A stretch of DNA of 64,000 bases from NCBI GenBank assembly GCA_030141605.1, contig JAQGDQ010000017.1:806001-870000 (forward strand), written 5' to 3'. Numbering within the stretch: position 1 is the stretch's first letter; each line of letters begins with the position of its first letter. Positions 1 through 12,400 of the stretch are shown piece by piece. The DNA is from Tubiluchus corallicola (Eukaryota > Animalia > Priapulida). The notes beneath the pieces are model-generated. The model ran no database searches. It saw only the letters and a program-made list of their open reading frames with translations, and was not told the DNA's origin. A program made the position numbers and the translations under genes.

Positions 1-290
1 TCAAAAAGGAATTTATTGCCAACTGACCGATTTCGAACAAAACTGTTCATTATCAAGGCATCTAATACTTTGATTTTGTTTCTAAATTCTTGTAAGTTTC
101 TTTGTTTTAAATGCCTTGATAACGAACAGTTTTGTTCAAAACAGGTTGGCAGTAAATTGTATATTGAAGATAACTTTTTTGTTTTAAAATTATTATAGTT
201 ACACTCCTCTTACTTTTTTATTTTTAGCCACTCATGCACTTACTTACACATTTCGAATTCTATGTTTCAACTTGTTTCTAATTTTTGCAG

Positions 291-405
291 GGAACGGTGA
301 ATGCTGAAAGGCATGCTTTTGAATTGCTGCCAGATGATGAGAGAATTTGTGCTTTTTGCAAAACTACGTGTTTTCTTTCGGCCATATTCTGCAGCTGTAA
401 ACCAA
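291..405 (+). CDS. KDM5: KDM5 exon, first half of C5HC2 zinc finger
   Basis: ttgcag|GGA...CAA|gtcagt; [38 protein letters not shown]. Confidence 0.92.
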
Positions 406-3400
406 GTCAGTGTTTATTTGACAATACTGTTAAACTTAAAGTGAAACAAAACCCTCACTATAATATAAGCTTTTACAAGTTGAAATCTTACTCTGATTAC
501 TAATATTCAATTTATTTTATTATAAACTTAGGGTAAAACTTGCTTCTTTTGATTTTCTGTCACTTTTATCGGTATTAAATTTGAAGAACTGCTATTAATT
601 TTTTTGTTGCATAAGACGAGTGACATTATGAGTACAGTCACAATGTCATCAAAGGTCGGTAAACAAACTTCTGTAACCAAAAATTCTTTCTGTACCTCAT
701 ACGTCATTCTCGCTCACTTGTGCCAAAAGCGCGAAACATGGCGATCTTTACGGCAATGCACACATTCGAATTTTGCTAGAAACAGGTAAGTTATTTAATA
801 AATCTCTTTTGTTTAATAATAACTATGAATTATTTGTGTAATTGTAATAATGCATTTAAAAAACTTCAGTGTCTGTTATATATGCCTTTTAAGCACAAAC
901 AAACCTTTAGTTACCTAAAGCTAAAAAAAATTTTTTTTAAAATTTTGATCGCCTGCATACTGCTTTATTGTGCACAAGCAGTGCTGTATTAAACTTTAAA
1001 ATTGAAAATTTAAAGTCCCGCGATGACCCTTAGGTGCAGCCATTTTGAAAGAAAGTTGTCTGAAAACAAGTTTAGATAACATTGTGTAAAGTTTGAAAAA
1101 ATTATCAAAGCATTCGTTAGCATACACTTTACTAAGTAAGCAAATGTAAAATTACTGTATCATGTCAATCAGTACAACTATAGTTCTTCTATCTCAGCTT
1201 CACTCGCTTGCCTGTATCACTGTGACAAAGTCTGCGATTGCCCAATGGAAAAGAAAATGCTACGTTATCGCTACACGCTGGACGAACTGCCTACCATGTT
1301 GATGCGCTTGAAACAGTGTGCAGAATCGTTTGACCAGTGGTCAATCAGAGCTAGGAAGATGTTAAGCTCATCTAGTCAGTCTGCTGCTGATCGACCAGGT
1401 ATAATTAATATCATGATGTCCTTTTACTTAAATTGGGATTATGTGTGCAGTAAGTAGCAACTTCGAGTTTTTTATATAACAAATTTGATGTATTTATGTA
1501 CATAACAAACTTCGTACATTTATTTAGCACATTTGGTATGTTGATGTAGCAAATTTGGAATAGTTATGTTGCGTAGTTAGTATGTGTATGTAGCACATTT
1601 GGGATAACCATGCAACACATTTATTATGTTTGTGTGGCAAATTTGGTATGTTCGCCTAGTACATGTTAATATTATACAGTCATGAAAGCAATCGAATATA
1701 ATGCAGCACTATAATTGGCTTAACTACTCACTACATTCTTAGTCTAAAACATTATGTTACTACTGTTGTGAATGTTGTCAATGGTGTGAAGCTGTGATTG
1801 ATTGATTTTTTGTCCTGTTTGAATTGTCTGTTTATGAAGTGTTAAACTCTTGTGCTACTGTGTTACATCTGTTATAATTGTTCAAGGCATTCTTATTTTA
1901 GTTTATCTGTTATTTTGCTTACATTAACAAAACATTTTAAGTAAGTCAGATATTGATAACAAATACTTCTTTAGTTACTACCACAATTTTTATTATAAAT
2001 CTATATTATATATAATTATTACATGTCTCGCAACAAGCTGCTAACAATGTCACTCGATTAACTAAATGAATATTAATGTTGTAAAAATAGGGGTGGTTGC
2101 TAGGTGACCTCTTGGTCTTTCGCCATCCCGTCTCTATGTAGTGTTTATCATGTTAAAGAAACATTGTATGTTATTATATGTGTAAATTTAAATGAGATGA
2201 ATAAAATTTAATCTAATCTAATCAAGAAATGGTAGGCCAAAGTTGGACTGATAGGCAATAATTATGTATAACGTTTCATAGAACTTCATTCCAAATACAA
2301 TTGGGAATGGATTCTTATCTAAAAACTGATAATAATAAAAACTACTTAATTCTAGAGAATTTATATTAGAATCTCGCATTTTAGTATGCAGTTTATTGAT
2401 TTTTTCACGTTAATCATTTCCCATTTGCTTGTGGAAAAATGCTTTTCGTAAAATAATTTTCATTTGAAATGGCTTTTTTAAATTTTACAATGTGTGTAAC
2501 TTTCCTCAGTGTGTTCTGACGTATTGTAGAATGTAGATGGTAATAGAAGCAGTTAAATTCTAAGCAAGTAACATGACATATTTGGAGATTTTTGAAGTGT
2601 CAGAATCTTTTATAATATTTTTCTTAATTAAGATTGTCATATATCTTAATGACTTAATGATTTTCATTTCATTTTTCAGTGCTCGATGATCTCAAAGACT
2701 TGTTAGCTGAGTATTCGGATCATAATTACCCGCATTGCGATGCTCATGATGACTTGAAGGCGGCCATTGTTGAAGTGGACAAATGTGTGACAGTTGCACA
2801 ACAGCTCATATCGTACAAAGTTCGCACAAGGTAGGATGAACCATTAACTAACTCGGAAACAGTTTAAAACAAACATTATTTTGTAGCAGATTGAAGTACC
2901 CTACTTAATTAATAGGTCAATTAATCTGTTTATTTCTAATCTTCCTAATGGAAGGTTCATCAGACTTTTCGTGATCTGAAATGACTGTCCTCGAATCTGG
3001 CAGCTGTAAAGCCAGCTTTCACGAGGTCGCGGCTTTTTTGCCAAGAGTCCAATAGTCGCCAAAATATTCCTGTAATGTTTTTTCAAGCGAAAGTCACGAG
3101 CAAACTTCGCCAGACGTGTTTGCTCGTATTTGACGACTTCTGCCACTAGGCGAATGTCACACCACATTCGTATGAATATTTGCGATCATTTCACGACAGT
3201 TTCATGGAATTTTTGCAGAAAAAGTGTAGGACAACCAAGGTTCGCCATAATGTCGCAAGACGATCTAAAAATGGTCATAAACTCGTTGCAACATTCCTAA
3301 AAGCATTGCAAAATATTTACCAGTTTTTTGTGGATTTTGACATTGTTTGTGAACACCGTAAATAATTTGTGACAAATTTGTGAATGTTTGGCGAATGTTT

Positions 3401-6400
3401 GGCGGCTGTTGGAGTTTTTGGATAGTCACAGAAGTCCCGAACCTGTAAAAGCCTGGTTTAGCTCTTTCAAGTATAACCGGACCCAATCTTAAACTGTAGG
3501 TCAAAACAATCTACTCCTTAAAATAATGAAAGGAAACATGATATTTTTTCAAAAATGACTTGCATGAAAAAATTATTACCACACAAACACAATTTCATGT
3601 TTGCACCACTAGTTTTTCACTGTTACATACATTTCGCCATCCACTAGTTTAGATGGGCACTAGTGCCTGCATTTCGGAAACGTATTCCACAAAAAACAGG
3701 TGCTGTACCTCTCAGTTCAGATGTGTTACTTTGTGACAAATTACACACGTTCGACAACTCATGCCAGAGCACAGTGGTAATTTTGAAATTTGAATTATTA
3801 TCTTAAAACTTGTTTAGTTTTAGTACAACACTGAATATCTTACATTAGCACTGTTTTTCAATTTTCGTTTTCGCAAACACGTGCAACACACTCGTGGAAT
3901 ATTTTTTAAATTGAAAATTATGTTAGCTTGTAATGTCATAAATAGTTGAGCTGACCGACATTAATTAAATTTTTAATCTATCACTTAATTAGCTTTTGCA
4001 GTATTAATTGTGTTAAAATGTATGCTTTTCATCGTACTTGAAAATGGGGTAGTATATGAAAAATCATCCTGTCTTCCTTTCAGCCATTTGCAAAATTGCA
4101 CGTGATTTATTTACTGAATATTCCGCCATTTTTCACAGACTGTTGCTTCTTTGTAAAACGCGGCTTATCTTTTCTGTTTTTATTTTTCTGCAACCCCAGA
4201 GCTGACAGTGTAGACCTTAGAAGGTGATTTCACGTTGTTGTTTTCATTTTTGATCGTTTTTGTTTTAAATCAATTTTACACTGATCCGGTTGTTTAAGTA
4301 TCATCTTTGTTTTTTAATACTCGTTGTTTTAAATGGTGTTGTTCAGTAGGACTAAGTATGTAATACGGACTCTTATTTAATTTAAATTTTTTTAGAATTA
4401 TATTATTTAAATCATATGATTATTGTTTTAAACAAAATTGTTTGATTAAGAATCAGGTGCTCAATATCATTGACTACTAACTTTAGAAAATTTTTTTTAA
4501 TGTTGTTCCACTTAAGATTGGAATCCCTAGATTTTTTTCGTGTCTGATTTATTTGATTTTTTAATACTAGTTTTTACTAGTATTTTTTAATACTAATTCT
4601 TTACTAGTTTCCTATTGCATGTATGATGCACAAGAAAACACTCTTCATAAACAAAGAATGAAAATTAGTCTTGAAATTTTGTTTCACTTACATGGTGCCT
4701 TATTGCACATAGAATTTGTATTAGCAGTACTAACTAAGCATAAGTTCAAATTATTTCTTATTGTCAGTCAGATTAAAAATGGATTTTTTTGGTGAGTCAG
4801 TGGTGCACATTGGGATGGTTTATCAGTGCCATCTTACCAGGTAGCACAAACATCTTTAATTGCTACGAATTTTCTTTTCTAATTACATTAGCATTTCAAC
4901 GGGTAAACGTAATGCTAAGTAATATAACTTTGTATGGAAACTTTTTTGGAATGTACTTTGAAATATGCTTTTCTTCCCCTTTATTAGCTCACAGTTAGTT
5001 CAAACAATTTTGTATAGCAGTGACACAGCATTGTAACCTTTTACTGGTAAGCTTACCATATAATGACTAAGAGCAATAGCGTCATCAAAATCAGGTTTCC
5101 ATAATTGTGATTTCAGTTCTGATTTTTGCGATGTCCACCAAAAGGTGGCACCACTATTTTAACTGAGATCTTTAGTTATGTATGTAGCAACTTTAACTGC
5201 ATTGTTAATCCTATGAATTAAATTTCTTTTCAGTCATTTTTGCTGACATTAATTGCTATACCATCTACCATTTTTTGCATTCAGGAAATCAACTGAAAAG
5301 AAGTATTTCGCTCGCTTGACTCTTACAGAGTTGCAGCAGTTTGTCGAGCAAGTCAAGAATCTTCCTTGCAAGATACCAGAAGAGGATCAGCTGCAAGTAT
5401 GTATGATATCATTGTAATTTCTCTGTCAAAAATTGAAACGTGCTGTTTGATTTGTTACAATTGGATTGTTTGATTGTGTGCCGTTAGCATTTAAAGAACT
5501 ATTGTTAATTTGCAAATGCTTAATATGGAAGGAGTTTACAATTCCCCACACAATTTAAATACTCTAACCTCAAGCCTAATCCAACCTCAACCCCAAGCGC
5601 CAACCAACTCCAAGCCTAAACCAACCCCAAGCCCAACCCTAACCCCAAGCCCAAAACTAACCCCAAGCCCAACCCCAACCCCAACCCGAACCCAACCCCA
5701 ACCTCAACCCAACCCAATCCAATACCAAGACCAACCCTAACCCCACCAACCAACCAACCCAACCCCAATACCAAGACCAACCCTAACCCCAAGCCCAACC
5801 CAAACCCAACCCCAACCTCAACCCAACCCAATCTTAACCCATCCCTAACCCTAACCCCGCCCTAATCCTAAGCAAACTAATTTGTTGTGTGTAGGAAATA
5901 TAAACTTTAGCCCTTATTTTTTGTGAAAATAAAGACAATTGTACAATTCATTTGAAATTGAATCATGATTAATGAATTTGTCAAGTGTAATGTGGAAACT
6001 AGAAATTGTTGTTGTAATCCAATTAACGGGTCTTTATGCAATGATAGGTTTTTATGTATTATTTATATTGATTTGATTATATTGACTAATTAGTTTAACC
6101 CTACTGTGAATAGGTGGATCTGATTGATTGTGCACTTTTAGAACGAGAATTCAGAGTTCTCCTGCCATGTTGATAGCTCAAATGGCAGAACATGTGTCTT
6201 GTAATCGTAAAGTTCTGTGTTCAAATCCCGATTAGCTAGCAATTTTTCAACTACATCCTCGTTCAGTTAATTAGTCGTTAGGTTAATCATTGATTATGCA
6301 TAAACTTTTAGCTTTATTAATTCTTGCTATCTCAGAAATATTTTTTATCTAAAAACGATTCTTAAATTTAACAGGATCTGTTGATTCGGGTTTTGGAGTT

Positions 6401-9400
6401 TCAAAAAAAGGCAAGAGAAACGTTAAAGGAGGCTACACCAAATACGAAGGTTCTTGATGAACTTCTTGACCAAGGCCACTCTTTCAACATTGAACTCCCT
6501 GAGATGGCCGAACTAAAAGAGGTAAACCGCATCACAAATCCAGTATGTTATTGAATTCACAATTGAAATAAGCCTTTTCACAGTTTCGTTGAGCGCACAC
6601 ACAGTTGCCGTAGGTCAAAGGTTAAATGTACCAGGCAATGCGTTTTAAGTACAACCGTCCCATGACGTGTTAAAGCAAAGCCGTCTGCTGCATGCTTTCT
6701 TAATGCTGTTTTGCTTTTTCACAGATACATTTACTCTTTTTGAGTTAAAGTAATATCTGCTGAATGTTTCTAAATCAGGGCACCTTTTTCAATTTTTTAC
6801 ATCATTTGTCTTTTAATTTTTCGTTGATTGACATTGAATTTGAATTTTTTTGTCTAACTCGTGTTAATACTGTTTTCTTCCGTTAGAAGCATGGCAATCA
6901 AATTTCTGAGTTTTGCTGTAAATTCTTGCAAGCAGTTGACCCAACAATAAGTGAACGTGTGTCGTTGCTTTAAATTTTCACGTTTTTCAGTAATGTGTAA
7001 AAATAAATGTTCATTTATTCATATAATGTTTATGAATGCTAGTGACCGGGCCGCATGGTCTAAAGTGATGCAAGAGTTATGTCAGAGGACATGTTCTCCA
7101 GAAGTGAAATGAATATGAAATTGTAATTATTATTATTATTATTATTATGAAACGATTGTAACAGTCAGTAAATTACAATTATATTTCCTTTCCTATTTTT
7201 TTACCGTGCAGCAACTCCAACAAGCCCGTTGGCTAGACGAGGTACAGGAAGTGATGTCAGACAATGACGTAGATGGCGACTACCCATCGTTAGACATCCT
7301 TCGCAAGCTGCTAGATGCTGGAGTCAACCACTCCCCACATCCCGCCATTGAGTGTGCGATGGCACAGTTACAACAGCAGCTGACAGAGGGGGAGGCTTGG
7401 GAAGAGAAGGCAAAGAAGGCTCTGCACACAAAGTATGTATGATGTACAAGAGGTGCAGATATATAAAGTACTGCTCTGAGCAAAGTAGAAACTTGTAATT
7501 ACCTTATAATTAAGACTGATAATTAATTAAACTTAGAAAGTGTCGAGACCTTAGGATAATTAATTAAGCTTAGAAAGTGTTGAGACTTTATGATAATTAA
7601 TTAAACTTAGAAAGTGTTTAGACCTTATTATTTAAATAGTTTTTTGGGTCTAAGGTTTCTCAAGATATAATTTTTTCAAGTTTTATTTTGAATAAAAATG
7701 GACGTTTGATTTTATTACGCAATTAATTAATTCCGTTGAAATTCTCACAGGCCACCATTAACGTTAAATGACTTTGAAGCGCTGATTCACGAATCTGATA
7801 AAATTCCTCTGACGCTTCCGAGTCTGCGAACTGTCAACGACACGATCAGGAAGTCAAAAGAATGGATGAAAAAAGTAGAAGCCACAATGGTATGTCTTGG
7901 TATTGGTCCTTCAACTCGTTGGTTAGAGCCTTAACTCATCTTTAGGTTGTGAGTTTGAATCAAGGACGTCTTTCATTCAACTAATAGTGCATACAAACCT
8001 GCACCCACTCCAAATATCCGAGCAATATTACAATATCATGCATAAGCGAAATAAGTTTAACCCAATTTTGATTATTGTTTTTATCTTTGAAAAGCTTAAA
8101 AGACAAAATTTTGTAAAACTACTTCACTTAGTAAGCTTTTCCACAGTTTTGTTCTGCGCATATGTAGCTGCTGTAGGTCACAGGTTAAATGTGCCCCAGC
8201 AATACATCTTAACTATAACTGTAACGTAACGTGTGTACAGCAAAGCCGTCTGCCGCATCAGTTCAGTAACTCAGATGTTTTATGTGGACTTTACTTTTAA
8301 TATGCATTTGTCTAATTTATTAGCAGGATCTTGCTTGGTAACAGAAAAAAATGTGCTAGGTAAGATTCTAGCTAGCTGTTAAAACTGTTAGTATTACAGT
8401 AGCTTGGGCTGCAAGGCGTTGTCAAGTGTACAAAAATGCGTTGTCTGGTACACTTAACCTTTGGCCTTTTATGTTCCATTCTTTTTTAATAACTTTAATG
8501 GTTAATGCATTTCTTAAAGTTCGTTTCCTGTACATTTTGTTGATAGAACACAGAAGCTGGGCCGTATATTGAAACTCTCGAGCTGCTCGCTAATAAAGGC
8601 AGACAGTTACCGGTGGACATGGAGCCATTGTCACGCATCGAGAGCCTCATTGCTGCTGGCAAGATGTGGAAGGAGAGAGCAGAGCTGGTTTTCCTGAAGA
8701 GGAACACCCCATTTTCACTGTTGGAGGTGGAACAATGTTGAATAATTAGTGGTTTTTCAATCTTAAGTTTTGAATTACTTCACATGCTTGATATCACATC
8801 TTATTTGCTATGAGTGCACTATGAATCTTTAAAACGTTATTGTGAACAACGTAAATTTGCATGAAATTTGTAAAATCATTGTGTGAGGGTTTATTCTTAA
8901 ATTTATGATAGGTGTGATGTCTTTGTGTGTCTTTGTGACGTGACACGACTACAAAGACCCTTATCTTTTGATTTAAATTAAATGAAGGCAGTGATCTAGA
9001 GTATTGAAATTTTATATTAGATAAGGTGTTTGATTAACATCTTGTGCGCTGGCAGGTTTTATCCCCAAGATGTGACTTCAGCGATCCACAACCAAAGAAA
9101 TATTTGAAGAGACGCCGTGAGTCTGCGGAAATGGGCTCTAGTGATCCTCCAGCAGCCAAAGTGGATATCCAGTTTGATAGCAATGCTGATGTAGCCAGTG
9201 TGGTAAATAAATAATTAACAATCAGTTTCAGTATAGGATTAGCTATATATACACTGGAGAAATTAGAACTGATAATAATCTGCAGACTCTACATGTGTGT
9301 AAGACTATTTGTGCTAAAAGTTAATCTCATATGACAGCATGAGTGGCATGTGCTATGGATTCAACCGCTTTGGGTGGTATCACTCATTAACCTTATCTGT

Positions 9401-12400
9401 TTACCTGGTAGAGGAAGGATGTACATGTCCGCACATTACTGAGATACATCTACTGGTTCAGTGGCTCACTTTAAAGGGATAGCCTTGATAGTGAGTCAGT
9501 CTCCATTTGTGGCACGAACATCTCTTGGTCCTCTTTGACCTGATTTTGGACTTACATTGTGCCAAAATATGTAAAAAATGCAAGCAAGGGATACATGAAC
9601 TCATTGTGCGTATGTGTAGCAAAATATTAGTCAGTTAAAAAGGTTTTAAAATATTTGCTTACAGTATCGTATGGTAATTTTCGCCACAAGTTGGCTAGTA
9701 CCAGCAGTTCTTAAACATTGATATGCTGCTGATTTTCCTTAATGTAGTTCCCACTTGTTGTTAATTGTACAAAATGTAGAAGTGTTTTATTCTTATAATG
9801 CTTACTTCTTCATTATGAAGACTGGGAATAATTCTTTACCCGTTGTGTTATTTTTTTGGTTCTCTGTACATTTTTTGCGTTTTTTTCCGTTACAGCCTAG
9901 TTTATTTTGATAAGTTAAATTCTAAAATCTGTTGTTTTGTAGTTTTCAGTTCATGTCTCAGTATCATTAAAGCATTATTTATTTTTATTTTTGGCTTGAT
10001 TTATAGTTTGATAATGGTTTCAATAGCCGAAATGATCATCGCTCAGTAAACATGTTGATTTCTAGAACTTCTCTTTTATGTAGTTCTTAAACTGTTGGTT
10101 CTTTTTTTCTATATTTTTTCCAACAGTGTAGCAATTTAAAATTGTTTTTTGTTCCTCTGTACCTTCCTGAAAATTGTTCGCACATTAGTATGCTTTTGTT
10201 TTACTAGGTGGCAGCATTCAAGTCTGCCGAATCAAAGGAGCTGCTGTGTGCTCAAGAACTTCGCACGAAAAATGAGAAAAAGTATGCGGAAGATGCAGGC
10301 GATGCACGCTACTGTGTCTGCCGGAAGCCTCGCAGTGGATTCATGCTACAATGTGAAGTGTGTCACGACTGGTTTCATTGTAAGTATTTTTAATTTCCCA
10401 ATTTCTGTTGATATACAGAAAATTTTTGGAAATGATCAGAAATGTCCTAGAAGTGGCTAGCTAACTGAATTTCATGGAATATTTAGTGTGTTACAAAATG
10501 CATTTTGCATGCTAGAAACCACTACCACAAATCGCGAATAATATAATCAAATTATTACTGACTTGATATCTCAAATCATAGTACACGCGACTTGTTATCG
10601 CGAGGCTCTGAGTTCGAATGCTGCTTGACCCACAGTTTTTCAGCACTTTCCTTGTTCACTTAATTAGCTGTCAGATTAATTGCTGATTATACATAAATTG
10701 TTAGGTTTGTTAATTTGAGCTTATCACAGTTTAATAATCAATTACTACAAATCAGAGTTTAATATGCCATGTTTTCTATTAATGATCTTTTCACATTTGT
10801 GACTTAACAATGCATAATGATTGGTAGTGAAGTCTGGTATTTTCATTTGCCATTTGCACGTTAGTATTTAAGTGTATGAGACTTATGTTGAGAAATGTCG
10901 CTACTGTTGTTAATTTATTTAGTTTCATTTTAAAACTGGTTAACAATTTATTAATCGAGGATTTTCTAGTATAATATAATGCAACATAATATTTCTAGTA
11001 TAGTATAAATTTTAGTTTACTATAGTATAATGTAATATTCTAGTATAATAATATAGTTTCTAGTATATAATGTGCAAGTCATTGAGTTTGCAAAAAATTA
11101 GCAAAGCAGTTTATAAAACTCCTTTTAAAAAATTGTTATAACTAAAAAGTAGACATTTTCGATGAACATAGCTGTCAATTTTCTTGGTTCAGTACAATTA
11201 TTTTCAGGTTTTGTGTGATGCTTAGTGTTAAAGACTAACTTTATTTTTTTTGGTTTGTATTTCGTTCTTGTAGGTACCTGCATCCCGGCACCAAAGTCTA
11301 ATACAAATCAGCGTGTAAAGGTATTAACCCCGTCCCTTCTGCAGTCGCTTCGCTCACACATATTTCTCTGCCCGGGTTGCATGCGCACACGTCGGCCTCG
11401 TTTGGATAACATCATTGCACTGTTGGTAGCTTTGCAGAAGATGCCAGTGAGGTTACCCGAGGGAGAGGCTCTCAAATGTTTGGCGGAGAGAGCCATGGTC
11501 TGGCAGGTAAGTTCGTTATCTAATTACAGATAGTGAAGATCGTAAGTGTTTCGTAGTTCTAGGTGATTATTAAAAAGATCGAAATGTTTTATAAAAACTA
11601 TTTCTGATTTTTTTCCCCGGTAAATAAATGATACACATACATCAGTATAACCTTACTATGTTATATTTGTTATACCGTATTTTCCCGTGTATAAGAGACC
11701 CTTTTTTGCTCAGAATTTTCACTTTAAAAATAGGGGGTCTCTTATACATGGGAGTAAGTCTTTTCAATAAGATGCATAAATTGTGACACTAATGATTTTA
11801 AAGAAATAAGTGCTTTACAACTGTTTTGCGTGTCGCGTTCGACTATGAAGCGGTTGTAAGCAATACAAGCATCGTGACACAGGCATTATCTCCTCGTTTT
11901 CTCTTTTCCTGTTACAGGTTTGCAGGTACGCACTTTAATATATACCAGTACTCTTTTTCTACAACACATTAACTGGTTTTATTTTGTTTTCAGTACCGCA
12001 CTGAGTTGAAAAAAGTTGTACTTTACCCTCTAAAAATGTCCGTCTGAAAAAACTTTTTTCCAGAATTTTTGCCTAAAAATTGAAGGGGTCTCTTATACAC
12101 AAGGGTCTCTTATACACGGGAAAATACGGTAATTGGAGGTTAAAGCTGAATCAGTTGCTACTACATCAGCTAACTCACACACTAAATCAGCTAGCTCAGC
12201 TGAGGTTGACTGACTTTTCAGCTGAGTTGGGTTAAAGAACAAATCAGCTACGTCTGCTAAAGTTACTAATTGTTGCTAACTGAATAAAATGATAAATTGT
12301 TAGTTACTTGAAATTATGGAAAAGATTTTTTTTAAATAATCTGTGTTGCTTATACACAGAAAAAAGCTAAAAGGAAAAAATTCAAATAATGCATTAGAGA

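Noticed and set aside
528-1136. Possible Kolobok-like element in the first KDM5 intron of the window
   Set aside because: The interior looks transposon-like, but termini and TSD could not be matched convincingly.
5510-5880. True telomere or Pro-rich coding exon
   Set aside because: Short, degenerate, intronic, and enclosed by flanks shared with 50828-51019.
6165-6240. Functional tRNA-Thr(TGT) gene
   Set aside because: A and B boxes are present, but the acceptor and anticodon stems do not pair properly and a diverged second copy shares a non-tRNA tail. Treated as a tRNA-derived repeat.
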